A DNA stretch of 64,000 nucleotides from Ignavibacteriota bacterium (GCA_963727825.1 CAVSHO010000009.1:224001-288000), one strand, 5' to 3'; shown: positions 51,688 through 62,213, numbered from the stretch's first letter. Notes: generated by a model from the letters alone, not told the origin. Program-made: numbers and translations.

Positions 51688-53275
51688 CTATTTTAACACC
51701 AGCATTGATTTTCGCATTATAAAGTGTCCTGCTGTCAAGCAATAGAAATAAACTCCGCTTGATAATCTTGAGCCATCAAAGGTTGTTGTGTGAGCGCCAG
51801 CGTTTTGTAGTCCGTAAACCAGAGTTCTTATCTCTCTTCCTAAAATATCATATACCTTCAATGTCACGACACTGGCCACTGATAACTGGTAACTGATGAC
51901 TGTGCTTGAGTTAAACGGATTGGGATAGTTCTGGTATAAATCAAATTTATACGGAATTGTTTGTTTATTTTCTTTAACATCAGTTGGTTTTTTATATGAA
52001 TAGATATAAACTTTGCCTAATGGATTATTGTAATCAGGATAATTAGGTGCCAAGATAAATAGTTTATCGTATCCATCGCCATTTATATCTGCATGAGATA
52101 TAACATAACCATATTGATCCCATTTATTTTCGCCCTCAAGCTTATATTTATAGACACTATCAATTTTGCTCCCTCCTAGGTAAACAAAAGCACCCCCAAC
52201 CATTATGCTATCAGAATTTAGGTAATTACTATTTCCAATAACAAAATCATTATATCCGTCATTATTGATATCAAAGTTAGATTCCATATTCATCACACCC
52301 TTTAAATCCCCAAGATAATCCATTTATTACAATAGATTTACATTGCCCCAAATAGATAAAAAATCTTATTAAGCCCCTCCTGCAACACAAAAATCCTTTT
52401 ACTCTATTTTTATTTAAATCGCTTAAGCGTTTTTAATGATCGTGCCAGAATTATTACCAATGCTTTGATGTAAGAATCGTATCGGGTGTCGTGTGCATTG
52501 TCTTTCCACCATAATAAATATAAACTTTTCCCGAATCACTCCCATTTCCCGGTGCTCCAATAGCTAAATCATCATAACCATCACCATTGATATCACCAAT
52601 ATTAGCAACACTCTTACCAAAGTAATCTTCTATCGTGTCACTTGTAAATGTGATGCTTCTTTCCCATGATATTGTGTCCCCGCCCCAAAATAAATAAACT
52701 CTTCCCTTTCCATCTGTCCAATTATATGGTGAGCCGATAACAAAATCATCATAGCCATCTTTATTGATGTCGCCTACTCCCTGTAGAGTAGAACCAAAAT
52801 CATCTTCTATCCACGGTTCAGAAAATTCCTTTATAGGTATCGTATCTATCTTTGTCCCTCCGAGATACAAAAATACCTTTCCTTTACCACCTGCTCCATT
52901 ATCATAACTACCGCCTAAGAGGAAATCGTTATATCCATCTCCGTTTACATCACCTATACCTGCCATGTTTCCCAAGCCGTTTGGAGTCTCTTTTCCTGGA
53001 TAATGAAAAGTAATAGATGTCGTGAGATTTATATTTGGCGAGCCAAGATAAAGTTTTATAGAATTGTACCCGACGGAGACCATAAAATCATCGTACCCAT
53101 CTCCATTAACATCTCCAACACCTTTGACATTGATAATGTTTTCTGTTGTGGAGTGACCTGTGATAGTACCAATTAAATAGAGGCTGTCCTGGCTAATAGC
53201 CACATTGGTTAATAAGAATTGAATTGAGCAGAAATATAAAAACTTAAAATACCCTCCCTGCGCTTGCATATGCAT
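51688..53275 (-). pseudogene. Second FG-GAP/T9SS protein, broken by several indels and stops at 52325-52460 (pseudogene or consensus error)
   Basis: ORF 52454-53275 has the signal and 4 FG-GAP repeats; ORF 51688-52323 has 2 repeats and the T9SS domain. The gap holds frame-scrambled remnants (GTIIKNA..DLNK..DFCVAGG..FIYLG). Confidence 0.75.
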
Positions 53276-53345
53276 ATCTCCACGGAATAGATTAGATCAA
53301 AACCTACCGCCGAAACCCTTGAGTATGCCTCCTTTGCCACAGAAA

Positions 53346-53374
53346 ATGCTACAAATTTTAAAAAAGAATGTCAA
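53346..53374 (-). promoter_or_regulatory. Putative sigma70 promoter of the FG-GAP genes
   Basis: TTGACA-N17-TAGCAT on the minus strand. Confidence 0.55.
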
Positions 53375-53606
53375 GTTTGAACATGTCGTATCTTACTAAA
53401 AAGTCTATCATATTTTAACAAAAGCTTGTCGTATTATCGATTATATTTTGCCACCATTTTGGTGCAAGAGTTGTCGTGTTTTATCGTTCTTTGTTATGAT
53501 TTTTGTGCATGGAATACCATCTTTTTTTGAGAATATTTTTCTATTTGCCGGTACACACCGTTTTTGTTATCGGAAACCAGCTTTTTCCCTTTTTGCAATA
53601 AACACA

Positions 53607-53651
53607 AAAGCCGCCTCGTCGAACTAATGAAGCGGCTTTATTGTTTGCTTT
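53607..53651 (-). terminator. pckG terminator; copy 2 of the 45-bp direct repeat
   Basis: AAAGCCGC...GCGGCTTT stem abutting the pckG stop. Confidence 0.8.
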
Positions 53652-55499
53652 ACAAAGTGAAAGATATTCTAATTCTCTTGACATATATCTTATCCGAACG
53701 TGAAAGATTGAAAGAAGTTGATTCACGAATAGAGCTGAGTTCTTTCGGTAGTTTATCCTGAAGACTAACAAATAGTTTTTCATGAAGCTGAACTTCTTTC
53801 TTCCATAACTCCATATCTATATTCGTTGCATTTTCAAATTGTTTTCTCGAAAATTCCAATCCGCTCCAATCCATATCTTCATACTGCGGCATACAGCCAA
53901 GCGGACTTTGAACTACCTTGTGCTTTGCCGTTCACTCGCTCAACGATCCATTTCAGCGCGCGCATATTATCGCCGAAACCAGGCCATAAGAAATTTCCAT
54001 CGACATCCACTCTGAACCAATTGACTCCAAAAATTTTCGGCGGATATGCAACTTTTTTCCCTATCTCAAGCCAATGCTTAAAATAATCGGCCATGTGATA
54101 ACCACAAAACGGCAGCATCGCAAACGGATCGCGGCGCACCTGCCCTACTTTTCCTGCTGCGGCGGCTGTTGTCTCTGAACCGAGCGTAGCAGCAAGATAC
54201 ACTCCGTTCGCCCAATCGATAGATTGACAGACAAGCGGCGTTGTATTACTGCGCCGTCCACCAAAGATAAATGCCGCAATCGGCACGCCATCTGGATTTT
54301 CCCATTCTGGATCAATGCAAGGACATTGTTTTGCCGGAGTAGTGAAACGCGCATTCGGATGCGCCGCCTTACGCCCGCAGTCCGGCGTCCAAGGCTGTCC
54401 AGTCCAATCGGTTAGTTGAGGCGGAGGTGTTTTGCTCATTCCCTCCCACCAAACATCGCCATCCGGTGTGAGTGCAACGTTAGTAAAAATAGAATTCTTA
54501 CTCGCAGTTGCCATTGCATTCGGATTTGTTTTTTCGGAAGTGCCAGGAGCAACACCGAAGTATCCGTATTCAGGATTGATCGCATACAGACGACCGTCTT
54601 TACCCGGTTTGATCCACGCAATATCATCGCCTACAGTTGTAACCTTCCACCCCTGCAAAGCAGGAGGCGGAATAAGCATGGCAAGGTTTGTCTTACCGCA
54701 TGCGCTCGGGAACGCACCCGCGATATATGTTTTCTCACCTTGTGGAGATTCGAGTCCCATAATGAGCATATGCTCAGCCATCCATCCTTGTTCGCGAGCC
54801 ATAGTGGAAGCAATGCGAAGTGCAAAACATTTTTTCCCCGAGCAGACGCATTTCCGCCATACCCGCTGCCAAAAGACCAGATTGCATGTTCTTCCGGATA
54901 ATGGACAATATATTTTTCTTTGTTGCATGGCCATGGCACATCTTTTTGTCCTGATGTCTAATGGTGCACCAACCGAGTGGACACATGGAACAAACTCACC
55001 ATCAATGCCAAGCACATCCCACACAGCTTTCCCCATCCGTGTCATAATGCGCATATTGACAACGACATACAGCGAATCTGTTAACTCAATACCGATATGT
55101 GCAATGTGCGAACCAAGAGGCCCCATGCTGAATGGAATAACATATAATGTCCGCCCACTCATGCAGCCGTCAAATAGTCTTTTCAGTGTCGCTTTCATTT
55201 CCACAGGATCGGTCCAATTATTTGTTGGGCCAGCATCGCTTTTATTTACACTGCAAATAAATGTACGATCTTCCACACGCGCAACATCACTGGGATCTGA
55301 TCGGACAAAGGAAACTGTTGGGCCGTTTTTCTTCATTCAATCTTATAAACGATCCGGATCTTTATAAGTTGCTGACACAGAGTATCATTTTCATTTGAGA
55401 ACCGTCGCACCAGTATACATTGTCTGGCTTCGTTAATTCAGCAATTTCTTTTATCCAAGCAATTGCTTTTTCATTTTTGACATATGCAGGCACATTCAT
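53650..55499 (-). CDS. pckG: GTP-dependent phosphoenolpyruvate carboxykinase (several apparent frameshifts)
   Basis: [88 protein letters not shown], spread over several frames. Confidence 0.92.
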
Positions 55500-55559
55500 A
55501 ATTCACCCATGTATTAGTTCTTGTTATTAATAAAACAAAGATTCTTCGGTAAAGGTTTC

Positions 55560-56775
55560 TTACCAATCGCGTACAACTTTGCGAGTTCCGATTTGAATTT
55601 CGCGCGGCGAATTCGGATCCAATGCCCATTTGATTCGAGCTATTCCGTCTGCAACCTCGCTGGCTGCTCCGGCATAACTAAGCCGCAGGTGGCATTCCAT
55701 ACCGAAGTCTTTACCGGGAACGGTAACAACAAGTGCTTTCTTCAATAAAAATTCTGCCAATGCCATAGAATCTTTATTTAATGCACTAAAATTCGGAAAA
55801 CAATAGAATGCGCCTTCCGGTTTTTCGACTTTCACTCCAGGAATGGATCGCAATTCTTGGATTACTGTATCGCGGTTTTTTTGTATTGTCGCAACAAGCT
55901 CATCAACACAATTCTGATCTCCTGTCAGTGCTGCTTCTGCAGCCACTTGACAGATGGGCGAATTACATGTCGTTGTTTGACTCTGAATATTTGTTATTGT
56001 TTTAACAAGCTTGCGATTAGCAACAACCCAGCCGATTCTAAACCCCGTCATTCCATATGTTTTGGAAACACCGTTGATAACAACGATATTGGTAGATTCA
56101 ATATCTTTATTTGTGAAGTTGTAAACGGGCGCAAATCTTCTTGCCGTCGAATACAAGTTTGTGGTAAATATCATCCGACAGCAGATAAATATTCTTCTTT
56201 TCACACAGATCAACAATCTGATTGATTAACTCATCTGGAAAAATTGCTCCAGATGGATTGTTCGGACTGTTCACAATAATTACCCGAGTTGATGGCGTTA
56301 TTACTTTTTCAATCTCCGAAAGTTTCGGATAAAAACCACCGTCTGCCGGTGTGACAATTACCGGAACCCCGTTGACCATTTTTACCATTTCCGGATAGCT
56401 AACCCAATACGGAGCCAAAATAATAACTTGATCTCCCGGATTAATGAGAGCATAGAGCAGATTAGATAAGGAGTGTTTGGCACCGTCTGAAACAACCACA
56501 TTTGCGGTATCTATCGTTTTTCCATAATTTCTTTCAGTGTATTGAACAATGGCTTTTTTCAAAGAAGGAATACCATCAGAAGGAGCATACTTAATTTCAC
56601 CTGAATTTAATTTTTCGACGGCACTCGCTATCACGTTCTGAGGGGTTTTATTCTTTGGTTCACCAATTCCTAAGTGAACAATCGCCTCTCCTTGTGCACG
56701 TAATCTTGTAGCTTCTGCATTAAGTTTCACAGTCGGTGACTCAGCAATTGATGCTGCCAGCTTGCTGATATCCAT
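55560..56775 (-). CDS. Aspartate aminotransferase-like class I PLP enzyme, frameshift near 56140
   Basis: LGIGEP, PYWVSYPEM, NSPNNPSG, SDDIY, then NGVSKTYGMTGFRIGW, GAFY.FP and LRLSYA. Confidence 0.9.
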
Positions 56776-56936
56776 AAAAGTTGCTCCTGATAACAAAATT
56801 ACTAAGGAATGCAATCACTATTGACGATTAACTTAAATTCCTAAAACCATACGAACATAATTTATTAATAAGTTACATTTTTTTTTGAAATATCCAATAG
56901 ATGGTGAGTGCGGCAGATTCCATGTCAAGAAAAATG

Positions 56937-57072
56937 CGTAGTGTCTCAATTTAATATTACTGGCGAGTGATGTCAGGAGTTTCCTCCTGACATCCAACAG
57001 GATCGGTCAGGACGTCCGCCCAATAAGACGGCGGACAAGTAACTCCTGACCGCACGAAACTGAGACACTACC
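56937..57072. mobile_element. MITE-like element with 15-16 bp terminal IRs, near-perfect 8-bp flanking direct repeat and internal REP-like doublet
   Basis: (C)GTAGTGTCTCAATTT ... AAACTGAGACACTAC(C). Flanks GAAAAATG (56929-56936) and AAAAAATG (57073-57080). Internal GATGTCAGGAG-TTTC-CTCCTGACATC. Confidence 0.7.
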
Positions 57073-57161
57073 AAAAAATGATTGAAAAATGATTGAGTTT
57101 GTTTGTAAGGGAATTCTTCTGTATTTTTATATAAGTGAATTTATTAAACCGAAATTAAATT

Positions 57162-58136
57162 ATGAGAGCTATCATCCCAGTTGCAGGTATTGGCAGCCGA
57201 CTTCGTCCGCACACTTACTCCGTACCTAAAGTGCTGCTTAATGTCGCCGGGAAACCAATAATTGGGCACATTCTAGATAAAATTATTAAAGCTGGTTTTG
57301 ATGAAGCCACTATCGTTGTCGGATATCTTGGCGAGATGATCAAAGAATATGCTCTGAATAATTATAAAATTAAATTTGATTTTGTAGAACAAGAGGAACG
57401 CCTCGGCTTAGGACATGCTATCTATCTTTCACGGCACACGTTTTCGAGCAAGCCAATTCTGATTATCCTTGGCGATACGATTTTCGATGTCGATCTTAAA
57501 TCGATGATCGCGAACCAACAAACACAAATCGGTGTTAAATATGTTGATGATCCGAGAAGGTTTGGAGTAGCGGAAACGACAAATGGGCACATTGCACGTT
57601 TGGTAGAAAAACCAGAGAAACCAAAAAGCAATCTTGCCATCGTTGGTCTTTATTATATTATACAACCGCAACTCTTAGTAAAATGTTTAGAAGAGATGAT
57701 TAATAGTAATAAGCGCACAAAGGACGAGTTTCAATTAACTGATGCACTTCAGATGATGATAGACCGCGGCGAACAGATGAAAACCTTTCCAGTGGAAGGA
57801 TGGTTTGATTGCGGTAAACCGGAGACTCTGCTTTCTACTAATCAGCATCTTCTCGGATTTCAGCCGGTGCCTGCGCCTATAAAAGGTGTTGTGATTCAAC
57901 CGCCCGTATTTATTTCAAAGAAAGCAAAAGTTAGCAACGCAATTATTGGGCCAAATGCAACGATCGCCGATAATGCGGTCATAGAAAATTCCATCATCCG
58001 CAATTCAATAATCGGTGAAGGAGCAACAGTTGTGAATGCTCTTATTGAAGAATCTTTAATCGGCATCAATGCTGTTGTGCGCGGTAATTACAAACGAATT
58101 AACATCGGCGATTCATCTGAGTTAGAGTTTTATTGA
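57162..58136 (+). CDS. Sugar-phosphate nucleotidyltransferase (long-form glucose-1-phosphate thymidylyltransferase-like) with C-terminal left-handed beta-helix
   Basis: AIIPVAGIGSRLRP..PK, Q..RLGLGHAI, LGD, EKP, EFQLTDAL, WFDCG, hexapeptide repeats. Confidence 0.88.
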   Translation: MRAIIPVAGIGSRLRPHTYSVPKVLLNVAGKPIIGHILDKIIKAGFDEATIVVGYLGEMIKEYALNNYKIKFDFVEQEERLGLGHAIYLSRHTFSSKPILIILGDTIFDVDLKSMIANQQTQIGVKYVDDPRRFGVAETTNGHIARLVEKPEKPKSNLAIVGLYYIIQPQLLVKCLEEMINSNKRTKDEFQLTDALQMMIDRGEQMKTFPVEGWFDCGKPETLLSTNQHLLGFQPVPAPIKGVVIQPPVFISKKAKVSNAIIGPNATIADNAVIENSIIRNSIIGEGATVVNALIEESLIGINAVVRGNYKRINIGDSSELEFY

Positions 58137-58220
58137 TTACCCTGCTGTCCGCGGCAATCCTGAATTGACTCATCGATTCGTCTAAAAATTATTAAACAAT
58201 CAAATATGTACGGAGAAAAA

Positions 58221-59366
58221 ATGAGAAATTTATTTACATCCGAGTCTGTATCTGAAGGGCATCCTGATAAAGTTTGCGATCAGATTTCAGATGCAGTGCT
58301 CGATGCGTTGCTCGAACAAGACAAGGCATCGCGAGTCGCATGCGAGACATTTGTTACAACCGGCATGGTTCTCGTCGGCGGGGAAATTACCACAAAAGGT
58401 TATATTGAAATCCAAGAAATTGTACGCAACGTTATTCGTGACATTGGTTACACGAAAGCCGGTGTCGGATTCGATGCAGATTCGTGTTCAGTCCTTTCTG
58501 CCATTCATTCACAATCACCGGATATCGCACAAGGTGTTGATACCGGCGGAGCAGGCGATCAAGGAATGATGTTTGGATACGCCTCTTCGGAAACCCCAGA
58601 GTTAATGCCAGCACCGGTTATGTTTGCGCATAAACTAGTCCTTCGTTTAGCAAATGTTCGTAAGAAACAACCAACGCTAATGCCGTACCTTCGTCCTGAT
58701 GCAAAATCTCAAGTGACAGTTGAATATGACAATAACGGAAAACCTATTCGTGTAGATACTGTTGTCGTCTCTACGCAACATGACCCAGAAGTAACACAGA
58801 AAAAAATCAAAGAAGATGTTATTGAACTAATTGTGCGCGACGTTATTCCATCCGAAATGCTTGACAACGAGACACACTATTTCGTTAACCCGACCGGCAG
58901 GTTTGAAATCGGCGGACCGCACGGTGACAGCGGTTTAACCGGACGTAAAATTATAGTTGATACTTATGGTGGACGCGCACCACATGGCGGCGGCGCATTC
59001 TCGGGTAAAGATCCGACAAAAGTTGACCGCAGTGCTGCATATGCAGCACGGCATATTGCAAAAAATATTGTCGCGGCAAAACTTGCTACGGAATGTCAAA
59101 TCCAGGTTGCCTATGCTATCGGAGTCTCTGAACCGATATCTATCCAGATCAAGACCTTCGGTACCGGTGTCATTCCTGATGCGCAACTTTCAGATTTAGT
59201 GATGAAGGAAGTCGATCTGACACCTCGCGGTATCATCAAACGCCTCAATCTGTGCCGACCGATTTATCGCAAAACGGCTTCATACGGGCATTTCGGCCGT
59301 AACGAAAAAGAGTTTACTTGGGAAAAATTGGATTTAGTGAAAACCTTACAGAAAGCAATAAGGTAA
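58221..59366 (+). CDS. metK: S-adenosylmethionine synthetase
   Basis: [57 protein letters not shown]. Confidence 0.98.
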   Translation: MRNLFTSESVSEGHPDKVCDQISDAVLDALLEQDKASRVACETFVTTGMVLVGGEITTKGYIEIQEIVRNVIRDIGYTKAGVGFDADSCSVLSAIHSQSPDIAQGVDTGGAGDQGMMFGYASSETPELMPAPVMFAHKLVLRLANVRKKQPTLMPYLRPDAKSQVTVEYDNNGKPIRVDTVVVSTQHDPEVTQKKIKEDVIELIVRDVIPSEMLDNETHYFVNPTGRFEIGGPHGDSGLTGRKIIVDTYGGRAPHGGGAFSGKDPTKVDRSAAYAARHIAKNIVAAKLATECQIQVAYAIGVSEPISIQIKTFGTGVIPDAQLSDLVMKEVDLTPRGIIKRLNLCRPIYRKTASYGHFGRNEKEFTWEKLDLVKTLQKAIR

Positions 59367-59433
59367 AATTTGTGCGCGATAATTAGCTGAACAATTGATT
59401 ATTTAACGATTTAACAACTTAACTTCAAAAAAA

Positions 59434-60711
59434 ATGAACGAGAAAAAAAATAAGTTTAAAGTAAAAGATCTTTCATTGGCGAAAGCAGGTAAACTCCGCA
59501 TCGAGTGGGCGGAATCCCGTATGCCAGTTCTGATGGCATTAATGAAAAAATACAGCAGAACGAAACCATTCAAAGGCTATAAAATTGCCGGGTGCCTGCA
59601 CGTTACAAAAGAAACAGCTGTGCTTGTGAAAACATTTGCCGCAGCTGGTGCGCAAGTCAGTTGGAGCGGATGCAATCCACTTTCCACACAGGATGATGTA
59701 GCCGCAGCACTTGCCGCCGAAGGCATCAGTATTTTTGCCTGGCACGGAATGAACGTTAAAGAATTTTACTGGTGTATTGAAGAGACATTGAAGTTTAAAC
59801 CGCAACTCACTCTTGACGACGGTGCAGATCTTATTTTCACTGTACACAATAAACACAAAGAATTAATCCCGACTATCATCGGTGGAACAGAAGAAACAAC
59901 CACAGGCGTACATCGTCTCCGTGCAATGGCAAATGATGGCGCACTTCAATATCCAGTTATCGCTGTGAACGACGCCGAGACAAAATGGGACTTCGACAAT
60001 GTATACGGCACAGGCCAATCAACGCTCGATGGCATTATCCGTGCAACCAGTGTATTGCTGGCGGGAAAAAACTTCGTTGTCGCTGGTTTCGGTCACTGCG
60101 GCAAAGGTGTCGCAATGCGCGCTAAGGGACTCGGAGCAAATGTTATTGTTACAGAAGTGAAACCAACCGCCGCCTTAAAAGCAACTTTGGAAGGTTTTCG
60201 CGTGATGAAGATGGATGATGCAGCAAAAGTTGGCGATATATTTGTAACTGCCACAGGTGTGAAAGATATTATTATCGAGCGGCATTTCAAAACAATGAAG
60301 GATGGAGCGATCATTTGCAACACTGGTCACTATGATTGTGAAATTAACATTCCGGATCTCGAAAAAGTCTCTAAAAGCAAGCGTGAAGTCCGAAAGGACA
60401 ACGAAGAATACACATTGAAAAATGGCAAACGTATCTTCTTGCTTGCGAAAGGACGTCTTGTCAACCTTGCTGCCGCAGAGGGACATCCTTCTGAAGTAAT
60501 GGATATGTCATTCGCGAATCAGTTTATGTCACAGCTGAGACTTGTAGAAATCCATAAAAAGGGAAAGCGATTAGAAAACAAGGTATATGATATTCCATCA
60601 GCACAAGACCAGGAAATCGCTGGCGTGAAACTTGCAACAATGGGCTATAAAATTGATAAGCTTACAAAAGAACAGGTGAAATACAACGACGATTATTCAG
60701 CCGGAACGTAA
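59434..60711 (+). CDS. ahcY: Adenosylhomocysteinase
   Basis: GCLHVT, CNPLSTQD, DDGADL, EETTTGV, FDNVYGTGQS, GRLVNL..EGHPS..MDMSF. Confidence 0.98.
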   Translation: MNEKKNKFKVKDLSLAKAGKLRIEWAESRMPVLMALMKKYSRTKPFKGYKIAGCLHVTKETAVLVKTFAAAGAQVSWSGCNPLSTQDDVAAALAAEGISIFAWHGMNVKEFYWCIEETLKFKPQLTLDDGADLIFTVHNKHKELIPTIIGGTEETTTGVHRLRAMANDGALQYPVIAVNDAETKWDFDNVYGTGQSTLDGIIRATSVLLAGKNFVVAGFGHCGKGVAMRAKGLGANVIVTEVKPTAALKATLEGFRVMKMDDAAKVGDIFVTATGVKDIIIERHFKTMKDGAIICNTGHYDCEINIPDLEKVSKSKREVRKDNEEYTLKNGKRIFLLAKGRLVNLAAAEGHPSEVMDMSFANQFMSQLRLVEIHKKGKRLENKVYDIPSAQDQEIAGVKLATMGYKIDKLTKEQVKYNDDYSAGT

Positions 60712-60722
60712 CTCTCTATATT

Positions 60723-60780
60723 AACCTTTCGAAAATATATTCAGCGTGGGCGCAAATGAACTTCGGAAGGTTTTTTATTT
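60723..60780 (+). terminator. Terminator of the metK-ahcY operon
   Basis: AACCTTTCGAA...TTCGGAAGGTT followed by a T run. Confidence 0.6.
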
Positions 60781-60870
60781 TGACTTCAAGAAAAAGATAG
60801 TTACGTTATTGAAAATATTTGCACAGAATCTGCACCGATAATAGACTTTGAACATTATAGGAGTTCAATT

Positions 60871-61086
60871 GTGGAAAAAAATTCCGCATCATATAAATTT
60901 GAGAAACGAAAGAAAGAAATCGCGCGCCAAAAGAAACAGGAAGAGAAACGGAAGCGTCAATTAGAAAAGAAACAAGGAAAACTGGAAGAGATGCCTTTGA
61001 TTTCTCCCGATGGAACACCAATTACTCCTTTAGAAGAAATTGACGCAGAAATACATTTAGATGACAGTATAGATCCAATTGAGTGA
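60871..61086 (+). CDS. Small hypothetical protein (basic helical N-half, acidic C-half)
   Basis: AGGAG RBS before GTG. FEKRKKEIARQKKQEEKRKR followed by an acidic tail. Confidence 0.65.
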   Translation: MEKNSASYKFEKRKKEIARQKKQEEKRKRQLEKKQGKLEEMPLISPDGTPITPLEEIDAEIHLDDSIDPIE

Positions 61087-61326
61087 ATAATCTCCATTTT
61101 CTGACCAGTAACTTTGTAAACTAATTTTGTCGAGCAACTTTTTAGATAATTTTATTTTGGATTATAGACAGCAGTAAATACAGCGATTCGACCAACAGAT
61201 ACGAATTTTCAATCCTTACATTCATCTCAATCTTTTTTTATTTTATTCATATTCTATAGAGTATAGAATCACAGGCACATTTTTTCTAACACGCGCTCAA
61301 TCAATAATTATTTAAGAAGTTAACTT

Positions 61327-61764
61327 ATGACCAAAGAAATCTTTCTCAAGCAACTCAAAGGGAACACATTTGCTGCAAAAGCCGGATCCAATCATTGGGT
61401 AATGATGGATGCGAAAAAAGATGTTGGCGGCAACGACGGAGCCTCAACTCCGAAAGAACTTGTACTGATGGCGCTTGCTGGATGTACTTCAATGGATGTC
61501 ATTCCCATACTCGAAAAGAAAAAGTCACCGGTGGTTGGTTACGAATGCATCGTAAAGGGAATTGAACGGGACGAGCATCCAAAAATATTTACAGAAATTC
61601 ATATTGAATACGTTTTCTACGGCGACGGCATCAAACCGGAGGACGTGGAACGTGCAATAGAACTCTCAGTATCAAAATACTGCTCGGTCTCGGCAATTCT
61701 TTCAGCAAGTGCAAAGCTGACACATTCGTACCGGATTGAATCGGCAATAAAACTTCTTAAATAG
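61327..61764 (+). CDS. OsmC/YhfA-family protein
   Basis: PKELVLMALAGCTSMDV and AIELSVSKYCSV (two conserved Cys). Confidence 0.92.
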   Translation: MTKEIFLKQLKGNTFAAKAGSNHWVMMDAKKDVGGNDGASTPKELVLMALAGCTSMDVIPILEKKKSPVVGYECIVKGIERDEHPKIFTEIHIEYVFYGDGIKPEDVERAIELSVSKYCSVSAILSASAKLTHSYRIESAIKLLK

Positions 61765-61795
61765 CTAAATATTATCAATAGAAGTGTTGGCAAAT

Positions 61796-61833
61796 AAATG
61801 AAAAGGCCCTGAATATTTCAGAGCCTTTCATTT
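61796..61833. terminator. Bidirectional terminator between convergent genes
   Basis: AAATGAAAAGGC...GCCTTTCATTT. Confidence 0.7.
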
Positions 61834-61853
61834 TAATTTTATGTCGCTCATTA

Positions 61854-62213
61854 TTAGAGATTTTCGATAACCCTTAGCAATTCATCCTGAACTATCGGCT
61901 TCTGCATAAAGGCTTCGACATTTGCAGCAAGAATACTTTGCGGAGAAAAATTTGCTGCATGCGCAGTTACAATGATTACGGGAAAGTTTGGATTTATTTC
62001 CTTTACCCACTTTGTGAACTCCATTCCATCCATTACCGGCATTTCCAGATCAACAATTGCTAAATCCACTTTTGATGTCCGCATAATTTCTAATCCCGCA
62101 GAGCCGTTGGAGGCGTTTAATACCACATACCCTTTCTTTTCCAACACCCGTTTAAGAATTATGCAATTGAAATCTTCATCATCTATTACAAGTATTGTTG
62201 ATCCATTTTTCAT
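61854..62213 (-). CDS. Single-domain response regulator (CheY-like)
   Basis: ILVIDDE, DLEMPVMDG, IIVTA, FMQKP. Confidence 0.93.
   Translation of the reverse strand: MKNGSTILVIDDEDFNCIILKRVLEKKGYVVLNASNGSAGLEIMRTSKVDLAIVDLEMPVMDGMEFTKWVKEINPNFPVIIVTAHAANFSPQSILAANVEAFMQKPIVQDELLRVIENL

Noticed and set aside
54432-55367. 311-aa plus-strand ORF
   Set aside because: It is an antisense shadow of pckG with no independent motifs. The same applies to the many 60-200 aa ORFs overlapping ppdK, smc, glgP and other genes.
53650-56775. pckG and the aminotransferase as true pseudogenes or recoding sites
   Set aside because: The motifs are otherwise pristine, the sites lack slippery sequences, and the same indel pattern hits essential lpxK and lptB. 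Consensus error is more likely.
56937-57072. MITE as a derivative of the IS3 element (shared TGTCTCAGTTT)
   Set aside because: The 11-mer points outward in the IS3 end but inward in the MITE. The termini and duplication lengths (3 bp versus 8 bp) also differ.
58137-58220. SAM or SAH riboswitch upstream of metK/ahcY
   Set aside because: The spacer is short and I found no SAM-I, SAM-II or SAH consensus elements. An Rfam scan would settle it.
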